DNA from: Trichodelitschia bisporula
Lineage: Eukaryota
Direction: 5' to 3'
Assembly: GCA_010356995.1 (NCBI GenBank)
Contig: ML996703.1
Coordinates: 62,001 to 126,000 of the forward strand
Length of the DNA stretch: 64,000 nt
The notes under the pieces were generated by a model. The model saw nothing but the letters and a program-made list of their open reading frames with translations, was not told the origin of the DNA and did no database searches. A program made the position numbers and the translations under genes. Below are positions 11,254 through 23,966 of the stretch, in pieces; positions within the stretch are counted from its first letter, which is position 1; each line of letters opens with the position of its first letter.

Positions 11254-12856
11254 TCAGTAGTTGACGGGTTGCTGATCATCCTTGCGAGTATGAGAACGCA
11301 ACTGCATGGTGCCCGAACGAGTATTTTGACTGCGGCAGGCCAAAGTCAGTACAAATGGACTCCTCCCGCTTAGCGGCCAAAAACGGCTGAGCAAAGTGTG
11401 CCTCTTACAGGTCAGGCTGCAGCATTGAAACTCACAGTCCAATGCCACGCGCTGCACCACGATTGCTGTCCCTGAAGCGAACCCAAGAGATTAGCTTACA
11501 CTCCCCAGCGTGAATTGCTGCATCGCTTAGACTGGCAGATGCCGGTCCCAGGAACAAGCAAGCGGTGTACAACGAGCGGCCTTGGACTGGAGTGCTACCC
11601 CAAGAGGAGCGGCACCGTTCCAATGTCTGCAGGAAATCAAAGAGCAAAGGGCATGAAAACAGAAGAGCTGGACTTACACTCCAGTGGCGGGACGGCCAGC
11701 GGCGCGGGTGCCAGCCTTAGTCGTGTTGCCGGCGGTGGCCTGGTTGGTATCGGGGTTCTCCTTCTCCGGCTCCTTGGCCTGGGCCTGGGCGATAGCCTGA
11801 GCGTTCTTCTGGTACTTGTAGACGGTCCAGTCAAAGACGTAGTCGTACTGGAAGCCCTCGCGAACGAAGAGGTCGCGGAAGATCTTGCGCAGGTAGGAGT
11901 AGTCCGGCTTGTCGTCGAAGCGGAGCGAACGCGTGTAGTTGAGATAGATGGCGAACTCGTTCGGGAAGCCGCGGCACAGGACCTCGGTCGGAGTCGTCAT
12001 CTTCTTCTCCATGATGCGGTCGTACTTCTGCTTCTTCGTAGCCGCCTTCAGGCCCTGCCACGGGAGCGACCCGCGGCAAAAGTACAGCATGACGTAGCCG
12101 AGTGACTCCATGTCATCGCGGCGGGACTGCTCTGCGAGGGGTCAGTACTGATTGATAGACTCGTGGATGCAAAACTTACCAACGCCAAGATGGGTGTTGA
12201 TGCTGGCATAGCGCGCCGTGCCCGTCAGGTTCTTGTTCTCTCTGTACGGGATGTGGAAGTGGGTCTTCGGGTCACGGTACTTCTTAGCCAGACCAAAATC
12301 GATGACATTGACCTGGTTGCCGCGCTTGCCGATGCCCATCAGGAAGTTGTCCGGCTTGATGTCACGGTGGATGAAGGACTTGGCGTGGATGTACTCAATA
12401 CGCGAGATGAGCTGATCGGCCAACAGCAGCACCGTCTTGAGCGAGAACTTGCGGTTGCAGAAGTTGAACAAGTCCTCGAGGGACGGGCCGAGCAGGTCAA
12501 GCACCATGGCATTGTAGTCACACTCGGTACCGAACCAGCGAACGAAGGGGATACCGACGCCGCCGGCGAGCGACTTGTAGACGCGGGCCTCGTACTCAAG
12601 CTGGGGATGCTTGGCCTTGACGCTCTCGAGCTTGATGGCAATCTCTTCGCCGGAGATAATGTTCGTACCTGCGATTGTTAGTCATCAATTCCGATGAGCG
12701 AAATCAGGGTCCGAGACGTACCAAGGTAGATGTCACCAAAGCTACCGGAGCCGATCTTGCGGCCGATACGGTACTTGTTGCCGACACGGAGATCCTGTGG
12801 GGGTCAGCATACACGCCAATGTACATTGCGAGCGTCTTTCTTACCATGGTCGTCAT
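11254..12856 (-). CDS. HRR25: Casein kinase I (Hrr25/hhp1/CK1a type); multi-exon; the unspliced tail stops at 11674 and an alternative last exon spans 11254-11329
   Basis: [84 protein letters not shown]. Confidence 0.97.
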
Positions 12857-15385
12857 CTTGGCGGTTGATAGAGAGATGATATCCTTTGTTGGCTTGGTAT
12901 TGATTCACGGTATCGGAGTTCGGAGCTCAGAGATGCTTGAGTTGTGGTCAGCGAGAGGCGGTGAGAGGCAAGAATGCAAAGACAAGAACGGAGGGGGTAC
13001 AGGTAGGCAGAACATGCCAAGGAAATATTGATGTGGAACGAAGGGCGCAGGACACAACCACGCCAACTCTGAAAGCGGAAACGTAGGATGTTATGTGTTG
13101 GTAGAGTCAAGGAAGAAGAGGGAGAGTAGAGAGAAGGTTCGGAGAGTTCAGGGTTCGGCGTACCTTTGAATACGGGTAGCAGGCTCCGCTGTTGCGAGGT
13201 CGACGGTGGATTAAAGCCCGACCGTCAGGGTGGTGAACGCGGTGGTCGACAGGGCGCAGGGCGACAAGGACCCTTTCGGAAGACTCAACAGAAGGCTGCA
13301 CCGGTTGGCTTCGACGGTACAAAGAAGATTGTACGAGGAAGAAGGGTGACGATGGACGATGTTGTTGGATTTGTCGAAGATGGAGGTTTTGAGAGTGTGG
13401 GGTTGTTGGGGGGAGAGGGTGAGTGGGTGGGGGGAGGGGGGGTGTGAGGAGTAGAGGGTGAAGAGGGTTTGTTTAGGAGACTGGGGGGGGTTGCGTATTT
13501 GCAAGAAGAACAAGAAGAATCCAGCAGTGGCAAGGGACTCAAAAGGCAGCGCAAAACAGTTTCATTCCCTCCTGCAGAGAGAGGGGGGGGAAGATGGATG
13601 TGGGGTGGGCGAAAGGAAGGTGAGGGAGAGAAGAGGAGAGAGGGAGAGAGGGTGGAAGAGGAGGAGGAAGGGAGAAGGTGTGAGACTGGGCAGCGCAGGA
13701 CTGCTGGGGCTTGGGGGGACTGGCTGGCTCGCTCGGGGCTGCGCGCGCTCTGCGTGCGGGAGTGGGAGTGGGCACGGCTCGGCAAAACCACGCAGCAACT
13801 TTCTGAGCACCAGCAGCAGCAGCTCAAAGCAAGCAAGTGACAAGCGAGCGACTGACAACCAAGCATGCAAAGTGACAATTCCGTCCAAACAACAGATGGA
13901 AAGAAGAAGCAGAAGAACGCCAATACGGACGTAGATGTCTTCTGAAAGGGCAAAGGGCAAAGGGCAAAACGAAGCAACGACCGGCTCTTACTGGCACATC
14001 CACGGTGCCTCTCTTCCCTCATGATACTCTCTGCCTGCCTTTGCCTCGTTACTAGCTGTCTGCCTCTGCCTCCTCTCTCTCGCCTGTACCGCTCCGGCTT
14101 CTTTCTGCGCTCACTTGGCAGCAGCACTGGTGGATGGGGAAAAAGCGCCTTGGAAGGCGCCTGTGTCTTCTTCCTTTTTGAGTCAGTTTGTGACTTCGTA
14201 ACAGTCGCACATTCATTTGCCATTTGCCTCTCTTCGCATGCAAATGATGCAACTACTCGACACCGGTCTCTTCGTGAATGATCATCCCCAATATCTACCG
14301 CATTTATCTACCAGTGGTACAATCCATACAGTCCCAAAACACCAAACACTCTCTCCAACGCTTGCCCCCGTGAAACCAGGCTGCCAGCAAAGAGCCCAAA
14401 CAACGGCGCCACGACCCCGCCGCATTATTCGCGCGCCTGAGCTGGCGATTCGTGTGTGGAGAAAAACGAAGCTCGGGGTACGTCTGTACATATCGCCTGT
14501 GCATGCTTCTCGAACCAGTATCAACACCGAACAACAGCTCCCCTCATTGCCCGAATCCGAGGCCGCACCCGGCCGTCAGCTTGTACAAAGTACAAAAGTA
14601 CCAGGTATCGCTCCCCCGGCCCCCACCTGATCCTCAACCTCACAACCCCGCCACCGGCAACCAGCGGAAGCATCAATCAACGCACTCTCCGTAATCCCTC
14701 GTCATACCCTCTGCTCCACCGGCGGCCAGCACTGTACCTCTAGATAGGTTGATATGCGACCCAAGCTGCCACCCGCCGCTGCACCCCACTTCCCAAACCC
14801 GACCGACCGCCTCAACCCCAAGCACCAGCCAAGTGCCCTCCCCGTCTCTAATCCCCGTACATATATAGCCACGTGCATCCCACACCCGCCACTCACGCCC
14901 TCGCCCAGCGGCACGCAAGCGCGCACCCAGCGCCAAACGTGCGGCTGGCTTGCAGCTAAGCGTCCGCGAAGCGTTGAGCGAAGCATTGACGAAGATGGTA
15001 CGTACCACGACAGAGGCCTCAATTCGCCGACCTCTCCAGCAGAAGGAGCAGCCGCCGCATCGGTAACTGCTTCGGCGCACTCCCCGTGCCAGCGTGAGTG
15101 AGCCCAGAGGCCGGGTATATGATCCGCGGCCAACCCTTGCGTCTTTCCTGACGAGCGGCCTCCCCAGCTATTTGATGAGCGGTCTCGCCATCCCTCACCT
15201 CGGCCTGAGCCGAACCGAATCGCGCCGCCTCTGCGCCTTATGTCAATTGCATCCTATGTCAATTGCGCCCGCTTCCAAAGCCAGTACCGTACCATTCGAA
15301 GTGAAGTCGTCGTTAGACGTTGCTCCCACGTGCAGTCCACACCCTCCAGACCCCTCATCCCAGCTTAAAATCCCACCCGCGTGCC

Positions 15386-15448
15386 CAACGTCCGACTCCG
15401 GCATGCGTCAACGTTTACCGACTCCGGCGTGCGTCAACGTTCCCCGAC
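15386..15448. repeat. 26-bp tandem duplication (CGACTCCGGCRTGCGTCAACGTT...)
   Basis: Two near-identical copies at 15393-15418 and 15419-15444, with partial flanking copies. Confidence 0.85.
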
Positions 15449-16559
15449 CACGGCCTGTAGGGCGGGGCTACCGTACCGTAGATTTGGGGCTTCGATGAGG
15501 CGTTCTAGATGTGGCGCAGATCGGACTTTTCGCTTCTAGATTTTTTTTGATACGATGCTGTGCCGAGAGCCGATCGGTGGGTGTGGCGGTCGAGACACTG
15601 TATCGGGTCGAGACCGTGCAACCGAGGACAGTGGCCGGTGGGCTTTGTTCGGTATCACTTTTGACATGGTGCGCAGGTGCTATGCATGAAATGCAATGTA
15701 CAGTACGGATGTATGTACGGTAGTGGTAATCGATCGTAACTACCGCCTTCCGCCACACAGCTCCAGCCACCAACACTTACAGTAACTCAACCAAGTCGCC
15801 GACATCTGCCGCTCCACCAACGCAATCCCAGCATATATCATGCCTCCAATCGCCTGAACCACTCGGCTTCCAAATGCAGCATTCCCCACATCCGTCAAAA
15901 GCAACCCCACCACTCTCCCCACCTTACGTAGCCCACACGTGTTCGACAGCGGCGCGTCTCGTTGTGGCCGTACTGTGTACCTGTCCTCAATTCGCCGGAA
16001 TCCGGGTACCCATTGCCTAATCCGTATGGCGGTACAAGTGGTGGTCTGCAGTCGAGTGTTGCTCGGTTAGTTATGGTGTGATGCACGGCATGACTGCGTA
16101 AGACGTGCTTACGCGGCCTCTTTCACCGGTTCCATTTGCGTGAGGCTCTGCAGGACTGGGACTGACGCCACTTTTTTGGGTTTAATGTGGACTGCGGGTT
16201 AGGGATATCGGCATCGAGGTGCGGTGGGCAGATTCTAGAAGGCGTCGGCAAGGCGGAAGAAGGCCCGGATGTTGGTAGTCTGGTAGGATGAGGTGGCTGT
16301 TTGGGTCGAGATGTATGACGTAAAGAAGAGAGAAACTTGTTGAACGTCGGACGTGTCAACGATTCGGGGTTGAGGTCTCCCGAAGGGTCTCGGCTCCAAT
16401 ATGCACTACGGCAGTAATCTCAATCTGAACACAGCACAATAGCACCTTCGGCAAGGCCCGGAGAGAAGCCAATCGATTCTGTGTCTATCGCATATGTACA
16501 CCTCCCCCGGTGCAACGCATCCTCGTTCCCGCTATCATACACCGTGGCCGTGAGCGGAC

Positions 16560-16951
16560 TTAGTGAGCCTGGGTGGCCTGGGCCTTGGCCAGCGGGTTGC
16601 GCGGGTCGTTGCGGTGCTCATCGGCTGCGCACGTCAGTAGATTCTTAGCGGACGGAGTGTAGTGGTGCACATACTGTTGTAGAGTGTGTTGGCGAAGGAG
16701 TTGACACCGTAGAGGATAATGGCGCCTGAATCAATTAGCTTTCCGCCCATCATCTCAATAACATGAACACAGCAGCGAGCTCCAGCAACCGAAGCCAGCT
16801 GCCGTCCCCCGCCGTATTCATCCGGAAAGCTCACCAGCAGCGTAAAACGGCATCATGGGCTGGGCTACACAATCATCAGCTCAGCACCCTCAATTGACGT
16901 CCAAGACCACCTACCAATGGGCGCAGGCCACTTCCTTCCGAAAAGACTCAT
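16560..16951 (-). CDS. ATP18: Mitochondrial ATP synthase subunit j (i), 4 small exons
   Basis: Spliced product MSLFGRKWPAPIAQPMMPFYAAGAIILYGVNSFANTLYNTDEHRNDPRNPLAKAQATQAH. The PF..AG.II.YG and NDPRNP motifs are characteristic. Confidence 0.9.
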
Positions 16952-17186
16952 GATTGCGATATTTGCAGACCGGTGTGCTTCGTGAGGGCAGGTGGTATCG
17001 ATGAAGTGCGGGTTTGGCGGGTGTTCGGTGTGAGTTGACGATGGGGAACGGAGAGGTTTGCGCGCTAGTCCGCTTGCGGCTTGGCGGGCCTGTTTGCTTC
17101 CGACGTAAACACCAAAGACAGAGCCGCGATGCTTCAAGCCGCTCATAACAATTTCTCGTGATTGAGAACACACCACGCCCACCGCC

Positions 17187-17757
17187 ATGGCTCACTCCCT
17201 CGAGGGCTGCGTCTCCTCCCTGCGCGAAACAATGTCCCTCCTCAACTCCTCCATCACCACCCTCGACGCCGGCGTAAACGACTTCCCGCGCCTCTCCAAA
17301 GTGCTCCAAACCACCCGCGTACTACCCCCCACCCCACCTTACCTACCCAAGCTAACCACCGCCCCAGCACTTCGAACTCATCGCCGAACCCGACCTACAC
17401 CAAGCGCAATCCGCCCTGCTCTCCGAAATCCAACCCGAAGTCACGAACCTCCTCTCCCGCGTCGCCGCCTACCTCGACAAACTCGAGCGGAGGGAACAGT
17501 CCCTGATCGCGAAGTACGAGCTACAAGAAGGGCGCTTGTCGGCCTCCGGGCCTGCGCCGCGGCCGTCGAGTCGGGCGAGTAAGGCGGGGCGCGAGCCCGG
17601 GGCGCCGCTTAGTGGGCTTGATGCGCTTAGGTTGAAGCAGATGAGGCAGAAGAAGGAGCGGTTGAGCTTTGCGATTGATCGGTTACAGTTGCAGGCTGGG
17701 CAGAGGGAAAGGCAGCTGAGGAAGAGTATGGCGGCGCCGATGGATTTTGGGGAGTAG
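17187..17757 (+). CDS. SPC19: DASH/Dam1 kinetochore complex subunit Spc19; 1 intron (~17319-17367)
   Basis: SLEGCVSSL..LDAGVNDFPRLSKVLQTTR|HFELIAEPDL..KLERREQSLIAKYELQEGRL..LRQKKERL-like C-terminus. Confidence 0.9.
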
Positions 17758-18161
17758 GCATGAGTTTTGGCGTGGGGGTGTTGATGGCGATGATACTGCG
17801 GTTTTATGACCTTGACTCGGGCGCTTTGGGGACTGTGAGGCGTCTCTAGCTTAGGAAGGGATGTGTGGGCGTTTTGTGGATGATACCCGTAGAAGGATGA
17901 TGCAGCAAGAACTGATGATATCCGCCGTTCAGGCCTTACTCTCATGATGCCACGCCCCATGCTCCGGAGCATCCACAACAACTACCGATGGGTCAAACTG
18001 CACTCGGGACCGTTTGGTGAGGGTATCTAGATGGTGAAACATACAATAGCCTAATGGAGGAAAGCTCTCTTCAGTTAGGAGTAAAAATCATAAATCCAAG
18101 CCATGGCCCAGATTCACGTTCGTGTTGTCTGTTTCGGTAAGGGTCGCGAAAATTCTTGCAG

Positions 18162-19946
18162 TTAGTCACTAAGTTCTATAGAATGTTCTTCATCCCCACT
18201 GCTTAACGCGTCCTCCATCTCTTCATCCGATACATCCGCCTCTTCATCGGACTCAACCGTTCCCTCATCAGACTGTGTCTCATCAGCCTGCAGACCATTC
18301 CACTGAGTAGCCACCTTCTTCGACCGCTTCTTCTCCTTCGCCACCGCATCCGAATCCCTCGCCTTCTGCTCCTTGACCAGGGCATCCACTTCCTTATTCT
18401 TCTCCGCCAGTTGCTTGAACGTCGCCTTCTGTGCCCGCCGCAGACTGACTATCTGCTGCCTCAAGAGCTTATTCTCATCCACCAGAGTCGGCTCGGCGGC
18501 CGACTTTTCAGCGTCATCAAAGGACATGAAGTCAGCCGAGGGCTCGGAAGTAGTGATTTTGGACGCGCCAGATTGCGCAGGCGTCTCTCTCCAGGATGCA
18601 AGTTCTGCAAGTCCCTCGTCGAGGAGAGAAGAAGGGAACGAGGGGTGAGTGAGGGCGAAGTCGAAGTCGGATTGTGTCGACGTCGTGGGCGGCTCTGCAG
18701 AAGATATATGAGGCGTGGGAAGCTGACTCGAGAGCTGCGCCACAAAGGTGTAGTTCTCAGGTATGGCTCCGGATTCGTTGCTCCCCGGATCCAGACGCGG
18801 CTTCGTAACGTAATGAAGCTTCAACGTCTTACCAGGAGTGTTTGGGAAGCCAGTAGGCGGGAGCATTGCCAAGTTGGTGACGGGTCCAGGCAGAACGCTC
18901 AGGCAGGAAATGAATTTGCCCTTGGACGTATCCCACACCACAATCTTGCCACTCGCATGCCCGGATAGGAGCTTACTTCCGTCCCAGCTGAGTCCGATAC
19001 TCAATCCCGCGCCGAGGGCTTGCGATTCTGCAGACCACCGAGAATCCGCGCTCGGCTGAACGGGTACTTGAGACTGCGCCGGGTCGTGGAGGGCGTTGAC
19101 TCCTGGTTCTGATCCAGCGGCAGCGTAGAAATCTACGAGTTGGATGCTACCGTCGTCGTATGAAGCGTAGAACCCTCTGTCCACTGGGTCCAGTGCCAGA
19201 GCGCGCGGTACTTGTCCAATGAGGTATGTCCGCAGCGTGACTCCCCGTTGATAGTCCCACACCATCACTGTTGAGTCCTCGGCGGCACTGAGCACGATAT
19301 TTGCTCCCCAATGACTGTGTCCGGATACCAGCGCTGTTATCCCGCCACGGTGGTTTGAAAGTGTCCGTATGGGAGCCCGCGGGTCATCTTGGGCGAAAGA
19401 ATCGGGCCTGGATAATGAAAGCAAAGCGGGCAGCGCCCAGACGTGAATGTGAGAGTCGGCAGAGCCGGAGAGTAGAAAGTTGGAAGTAGGATCAACGGCG
19501 AGAGCGGTAATAGCTTGAAGATGGGATTGCGGGGCGCTGACCAGTCTGCCAGTACCTAACTGCTGGAATCAGCGCTGTCTGACGAAAGTGCGATAGAAAC
19601 TGACCTCCCACAACTGAACCTTTCCGCTCTCCGTCCCCATAACCAAGACGGTATCGTCGGCCGCAAGGGCAAGACAGGTGATCCGCTCCTGAAACGGGAT
19701 AAGAGCCTCCTGGTTACCCTTCTCCCGGCTGTACACATGCACTATCGCCTTCCCCGCCTGCGCGGCAAAGATGTGCGAGTCGCTCACGGCGAGGCATTGG
19801 GGCAGCGTCGCGCTCTTCTTGAAAAGACTGCGCTGCGCCGCCATTGGCTGCAGCTCGTAGACGAATATGCCGGCATCTTTGGTGACGCTGGTGTTCGCAG
19901 CCTTTAAGGGAGTCCCGATAGACGAGATGAAGTGTTCGTGGAGCAT
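18162..19946 (-). CDS. IPI3: WD40 pre-rRNA processing protein Ipi3 (Rix1 complex); 1 intron (~19556-19603)
   Basis: HIFAAQAGKAIVHVYSREKGNQEALIPFQERI..GKVQLWE, HLQAITAL, WD repeats, then a C-terminal coiled coil and acidic tail. Confidence 0.85.
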
Positions 19947-20226
19947 TATGACGACTTGGTTGCTCAGAAATTCCCAAAAACTTCGAGATGTCAAGGGTAC
20001 AGCCAAGCCGCTATATCGATAACCGTTTAGCAGCGGGAGGGTCCGTGGTCTAGCCCCAAACAGACATCGGACGTGGGTGGAGATGCATAACGCTCAATTG
20101 CTCATTTTCTACCAGCCTGAACAGTCGCATTGCATCGACTCTCCCTCGCCGTCCATAGAAAAACCAGGTCAAAATCATAATGCTCCCCACCGACATCGCT
20201 CCTGCAATAAACTTCCACAACTAAGC

Positions 20227-23200
20227 CTACGCCACACTTCCAACAACCAGGCTCGCCACGCCATCCTCCTCTGACCGACAGCGAATCTGCACCGTCACGC
20301 CTGTCTTCGCACTGTACGCCATGCGTACCGCCGCAGCCACCTTGCCCCCTGTAATCGACTTGCCATACAGCTTGAGCGTATGCGTGCTCTGGCTGAGGGG
20401 TACATCGGTGCCCTCGAGGGGCTGGAGGGAGAGCGCTTTAGCGAGCTGCTCCGTTGCGTCTGATATTGTTAGCCATGTTCATGTAAGACCACGGCAAAAA
20501 CTTACCGGCTATGCTCTTGATGTTGCTCAGCTGCAGCGTCTCGCTCGCCTGCTCACCGCCCGCCGCCTGCTCCCAGACATTTTCGAAGCTGCCCGCATAA
20601 GCAGGGATGATGTAGTCCGCGCCGTTGAGGTCGAAATCCTCAACCTGGTACTCGTCCTCGTACCCACCGTCCTCAGGCTCGTTGGTCGTGGGGTCAATTT
20701 CCTTGGACGTGAACTTGAGGATATTGGTGAAGGTCGTAGCCACGAAGGCGCCCTCGCCCTCCACCTTCTTGAACGACACGTAAACCGTCCCCGGCACGTT
20801 GGTCTCCAGCTTAGGAACCGGAATGATGAAATCCTCCTCCAGGCCCGACTCGCCGTCCTCGTCCGCCGGAGTGGCCACGACGCTGACGTCCGTGAGCACG
20901 GTATCGGGGAGCGTGTTTTTGATATCCTGTCTTTGTTAGCCTACTGCCAAATTGATAGCTACCAGGAAACTTACGAATTGTAAGACAATGTGCTCGTGAA
21001 ATATGTGCTTGACCGCCGTGACGACGTACTCCGTCTCGGACTCCGTGAGCTCCACAAGCGGCGAAGACTTGAGCACGCCGCCGTAGCTGGCCAGCTCCGG
21101 TACCTGCTGCAGCTGCTGCGCGTACTGCTGACTGGCGGCAGCCGCTGATGCAGCGCTCTCCGCTCCAGCCTTTGCCGCCGGTTTGGGGCCAGTGGTGGGT
21201 GCCTTGAGCGTGGGGGTCGCAGAGGTGAGCTTCTTGGTCCGCTCCTCCGCATCGGCCTGTTCCCGCGTGACGACTGGAACCTTGGACAGGTCGAAAGGTG
21301 ACGAGAAGACGTCGCGGTCCTCAGAGGTCACGTACATGACGAGCTGGTGCTCCAGCGTCGGCAGCGAGAACATGGAGTCATTCCGCAGGAAGCGGGTAGC
21401 GGTTTCCTTGTCCTCATCCTCCTCAAGCAGCCGCAGGTTCAATGCAGCGCGGTCGCGAACCTCGTCGTCCGTGTCGTCCAAGCACCGCGTGAGCAGAACG
21501 CGAACGCTCTTCCGAACCTCAACATCATGAGACAGGCCAAATTTGCCGAGAGCCGTGACAGCCGCCGCGCGGACGATCGAGTTCTCGAGGACCACACGGT
21601 TGTAGATGTAGCGGATGTACTTCGTAGGCGTCTTTGTCTTCGGGCCCTCCATGCCGAGAAGATGGAGAATGCGCACGGCCAGCTTGTTGAACTCACAGTC
21701 CTCAATGAACTCGGCGAGCATGGACAGTGCGTCTTCCTTGCTCTCCGGGACGAACTTGATCAGGTCGAACATACTCTCGACGACAGCGCGCTTGAAGTCA
21801 TAACCGCCCTCCTCCCTCAGGATGCCCCCAAGGAAGGCAAGCATCCCAGCCTGCTTGCTCGGGAACTTGAGGCAAAGAGTGCGGATGGCCTCGACAACGG
21901 TAACCTTGAACTCGTCCGAGATTTCGCCCATGAAGGACGAGATCTGCTTCAACAAACGGTCGACGGAGCTCTCATTACCGGTCTTCAGCAGCGTGGTAAT
22001 AGCAAAGGTGGCGATAGACCGATTTGAGGCCGAGATGAGCGCTTCGATATCCGGGTTGCACGGCCGCACCGCGTCGGGCTTGAAGGAAGCAAAGTTGTGG
22101 AGAATACGGATGGCCGCAAACTTGGTCACCGCACGCGGCGATGTCAAGAACAGCTGCAGTACGTGGATAGCCTGGACCACCTCGCCGTCAGTGACATCCC
22201 TCATGTCGCAGATAGCTTTGGCCGCTTCAAAGTTGACGAGCTCCGACTTGTGCCGGAGCCAGCCATCGAGCAGCTGGAGCATGGGCTTCCGCAGGCCCGG
22301 GTCATCTTCCGCAAGTTTGGCAGCCAGACGAACGAGCAACATAGTCGCAGCCGGGCTCCGGATGAGGCCAGGAGCGCTGTACTGCTGCACCATCTTCACC
22401 AATGCCATCCGATCTCCGCTTCTCAGCTGGTAAAGGAGGCCGACGGCGTGGTACTGTGAGGTGTAGCTCGTGGCTTGCGGGATGTTACCAGCACTTCCAC
22501 CGACAAATCCCATAAAGCCGCCACCGGACTTGGCCCCTTCGACAGCGGACTGGACTTCGTTCTGCCACCGGCGGACGACATCCCGGGCGATGGGGAGAAG
22601 ATGGTAACTCGAGACGAGCGCGGCTGTGAAAATGAGCTTATGCATGAGACATCAGGTGTGGCAGGCATACCGCTGCTAACTGAAGGAACCTTGTCCACAA
22701 TCGCGGTTTTGATCAGGCGCTCAATCGTCTGGACTGTACTCCCGTCGATAATCCGCGTCAATGCCCGCAGCGCATTGGCCCTGTAGATCACATCGCTGCC
22801 TAGGGCAGTGTCCTTCATGATGCTTGATGTAGCTATGCCGCTTAGTACCCGACATTTGAGGGCTAATCCTGGACGTACCCATGATGACATCTTCAGCGGT
22901 ACTGGAAAGCTCCTTTCTGTGGACGGTCAGCAGGCTGCCGCAGCAATTGAGCAGTGACATGCATTATAAGGTAGACCATCTGCCGCAAGCTCGGGTCCTT
23001 GCTCTGGAATAGCTTGCTGATGCCGAAGAAGAGGGTTGTGGCCTCATTGGTAGGGAACTTCTCCCCCGTGAAGAGGAGCAGGGCGATCTTTGTGAGCAGG
23101 ACACGGCATCTCCGGGGTGCTGAAAGACATTAGCCCTCCCGTTCAAGTGCAATTTGCTTGACTGTGCGTAATCCCCCCCAGACAGCCCTCACACCATCAC

Positions 23201-23500
23201 GTTATCCCTATTCCTCGGGCAAGCCGAGGAACTCCTTCTCCATGGTGATCGTCCTACAGAGCTAATATGACTGCGGGAAGAAGGAAAGAGTAGGAGGCGG
23301 TGGCCTTACATATCGGCGACGAGTGAAAGATGCGAGCTGTAGATCGTCAGTGGCCAGTAGTCACAAATGAAGCCATGCGGTAACGGGTACCTTCTTGGAA
23401 GACAGCTAGAATCCGTCAGCAGAGTTTAAGATCACCAAGCATGCAACGAACCCGTTCTGTCTACCTTCAGGCCGGCAGAATCTTCATCCTTTTTGTCCAT
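20227..23500 (-). CDS. SEC21: Coatomer subunit gamma (gamma-COP), multi-exon, including a GC-AG intron (22917-22962) and a 190-nt intron (23120-23309)
   Basis: MDKKDED..VFQEARIF.SSPISPRRCR.LLTKI..LFFGISKLFQ, YIRYIYNRVVLENSIVRAAAV, DDTDDEVRDRA, LTESETEYVV..VKHIF, GYEDEYQVED. Confidence 0.96.
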
Positions 23501-23966
23501 GGTGTCGGAGCTCTCTAGCTGAGGAGAGCGATGTGGCAGAGAGGTCGGGGCGGTGAATTGCGCCGGAATTCAGGGAGAGCGGGGTTCAAGTTGGAATCAT
23601 GCGAATGTGCGGGGTGGATATGGCGTTTAGGAGGGCTGTGCAAAATGATTAGGCTTGCAAACACAGAAATCTCATTGCATGTCGGCTTACAAGCAGTTAT
23701 TGCCCTTCTCACCTACTCGAACACGGCGCAACGTACAAGTGTTGTTAGCTGGCTCCGACGCTGTTATTCCGGCCGACTTTTGCGCCTTGGTGCCTGAAAT
23801 ATTTCGCCTTGCACCATTGTCATCGGCGAAGTGGAGCCGTTGGTGAGACGACAAATCCTCTCAATTGCTCGCCACTGCCCACCACTTTATCGTCTCTAAC
23901 ACCACCGTCGCTCTCTGAGTATTGTTTCTCTATTGTTTCCATCATTCATCGCCTGCTTATCTAGCC

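Noticed and set aside
13285..14223. 312-aa ORF upstream of CK1
   Set aside because: Low-complexity Ser/Pro/Leu translation of CT-rich promoter/leader sequence with no protein motif.
23198..23212. GTTATCCCT resembling a C/D snoRNA guide against large-subunit rRNA
   Set aside because: It lies antisense to the host gene and lacks an adjacent CTGA box D or RTGATGA box C.
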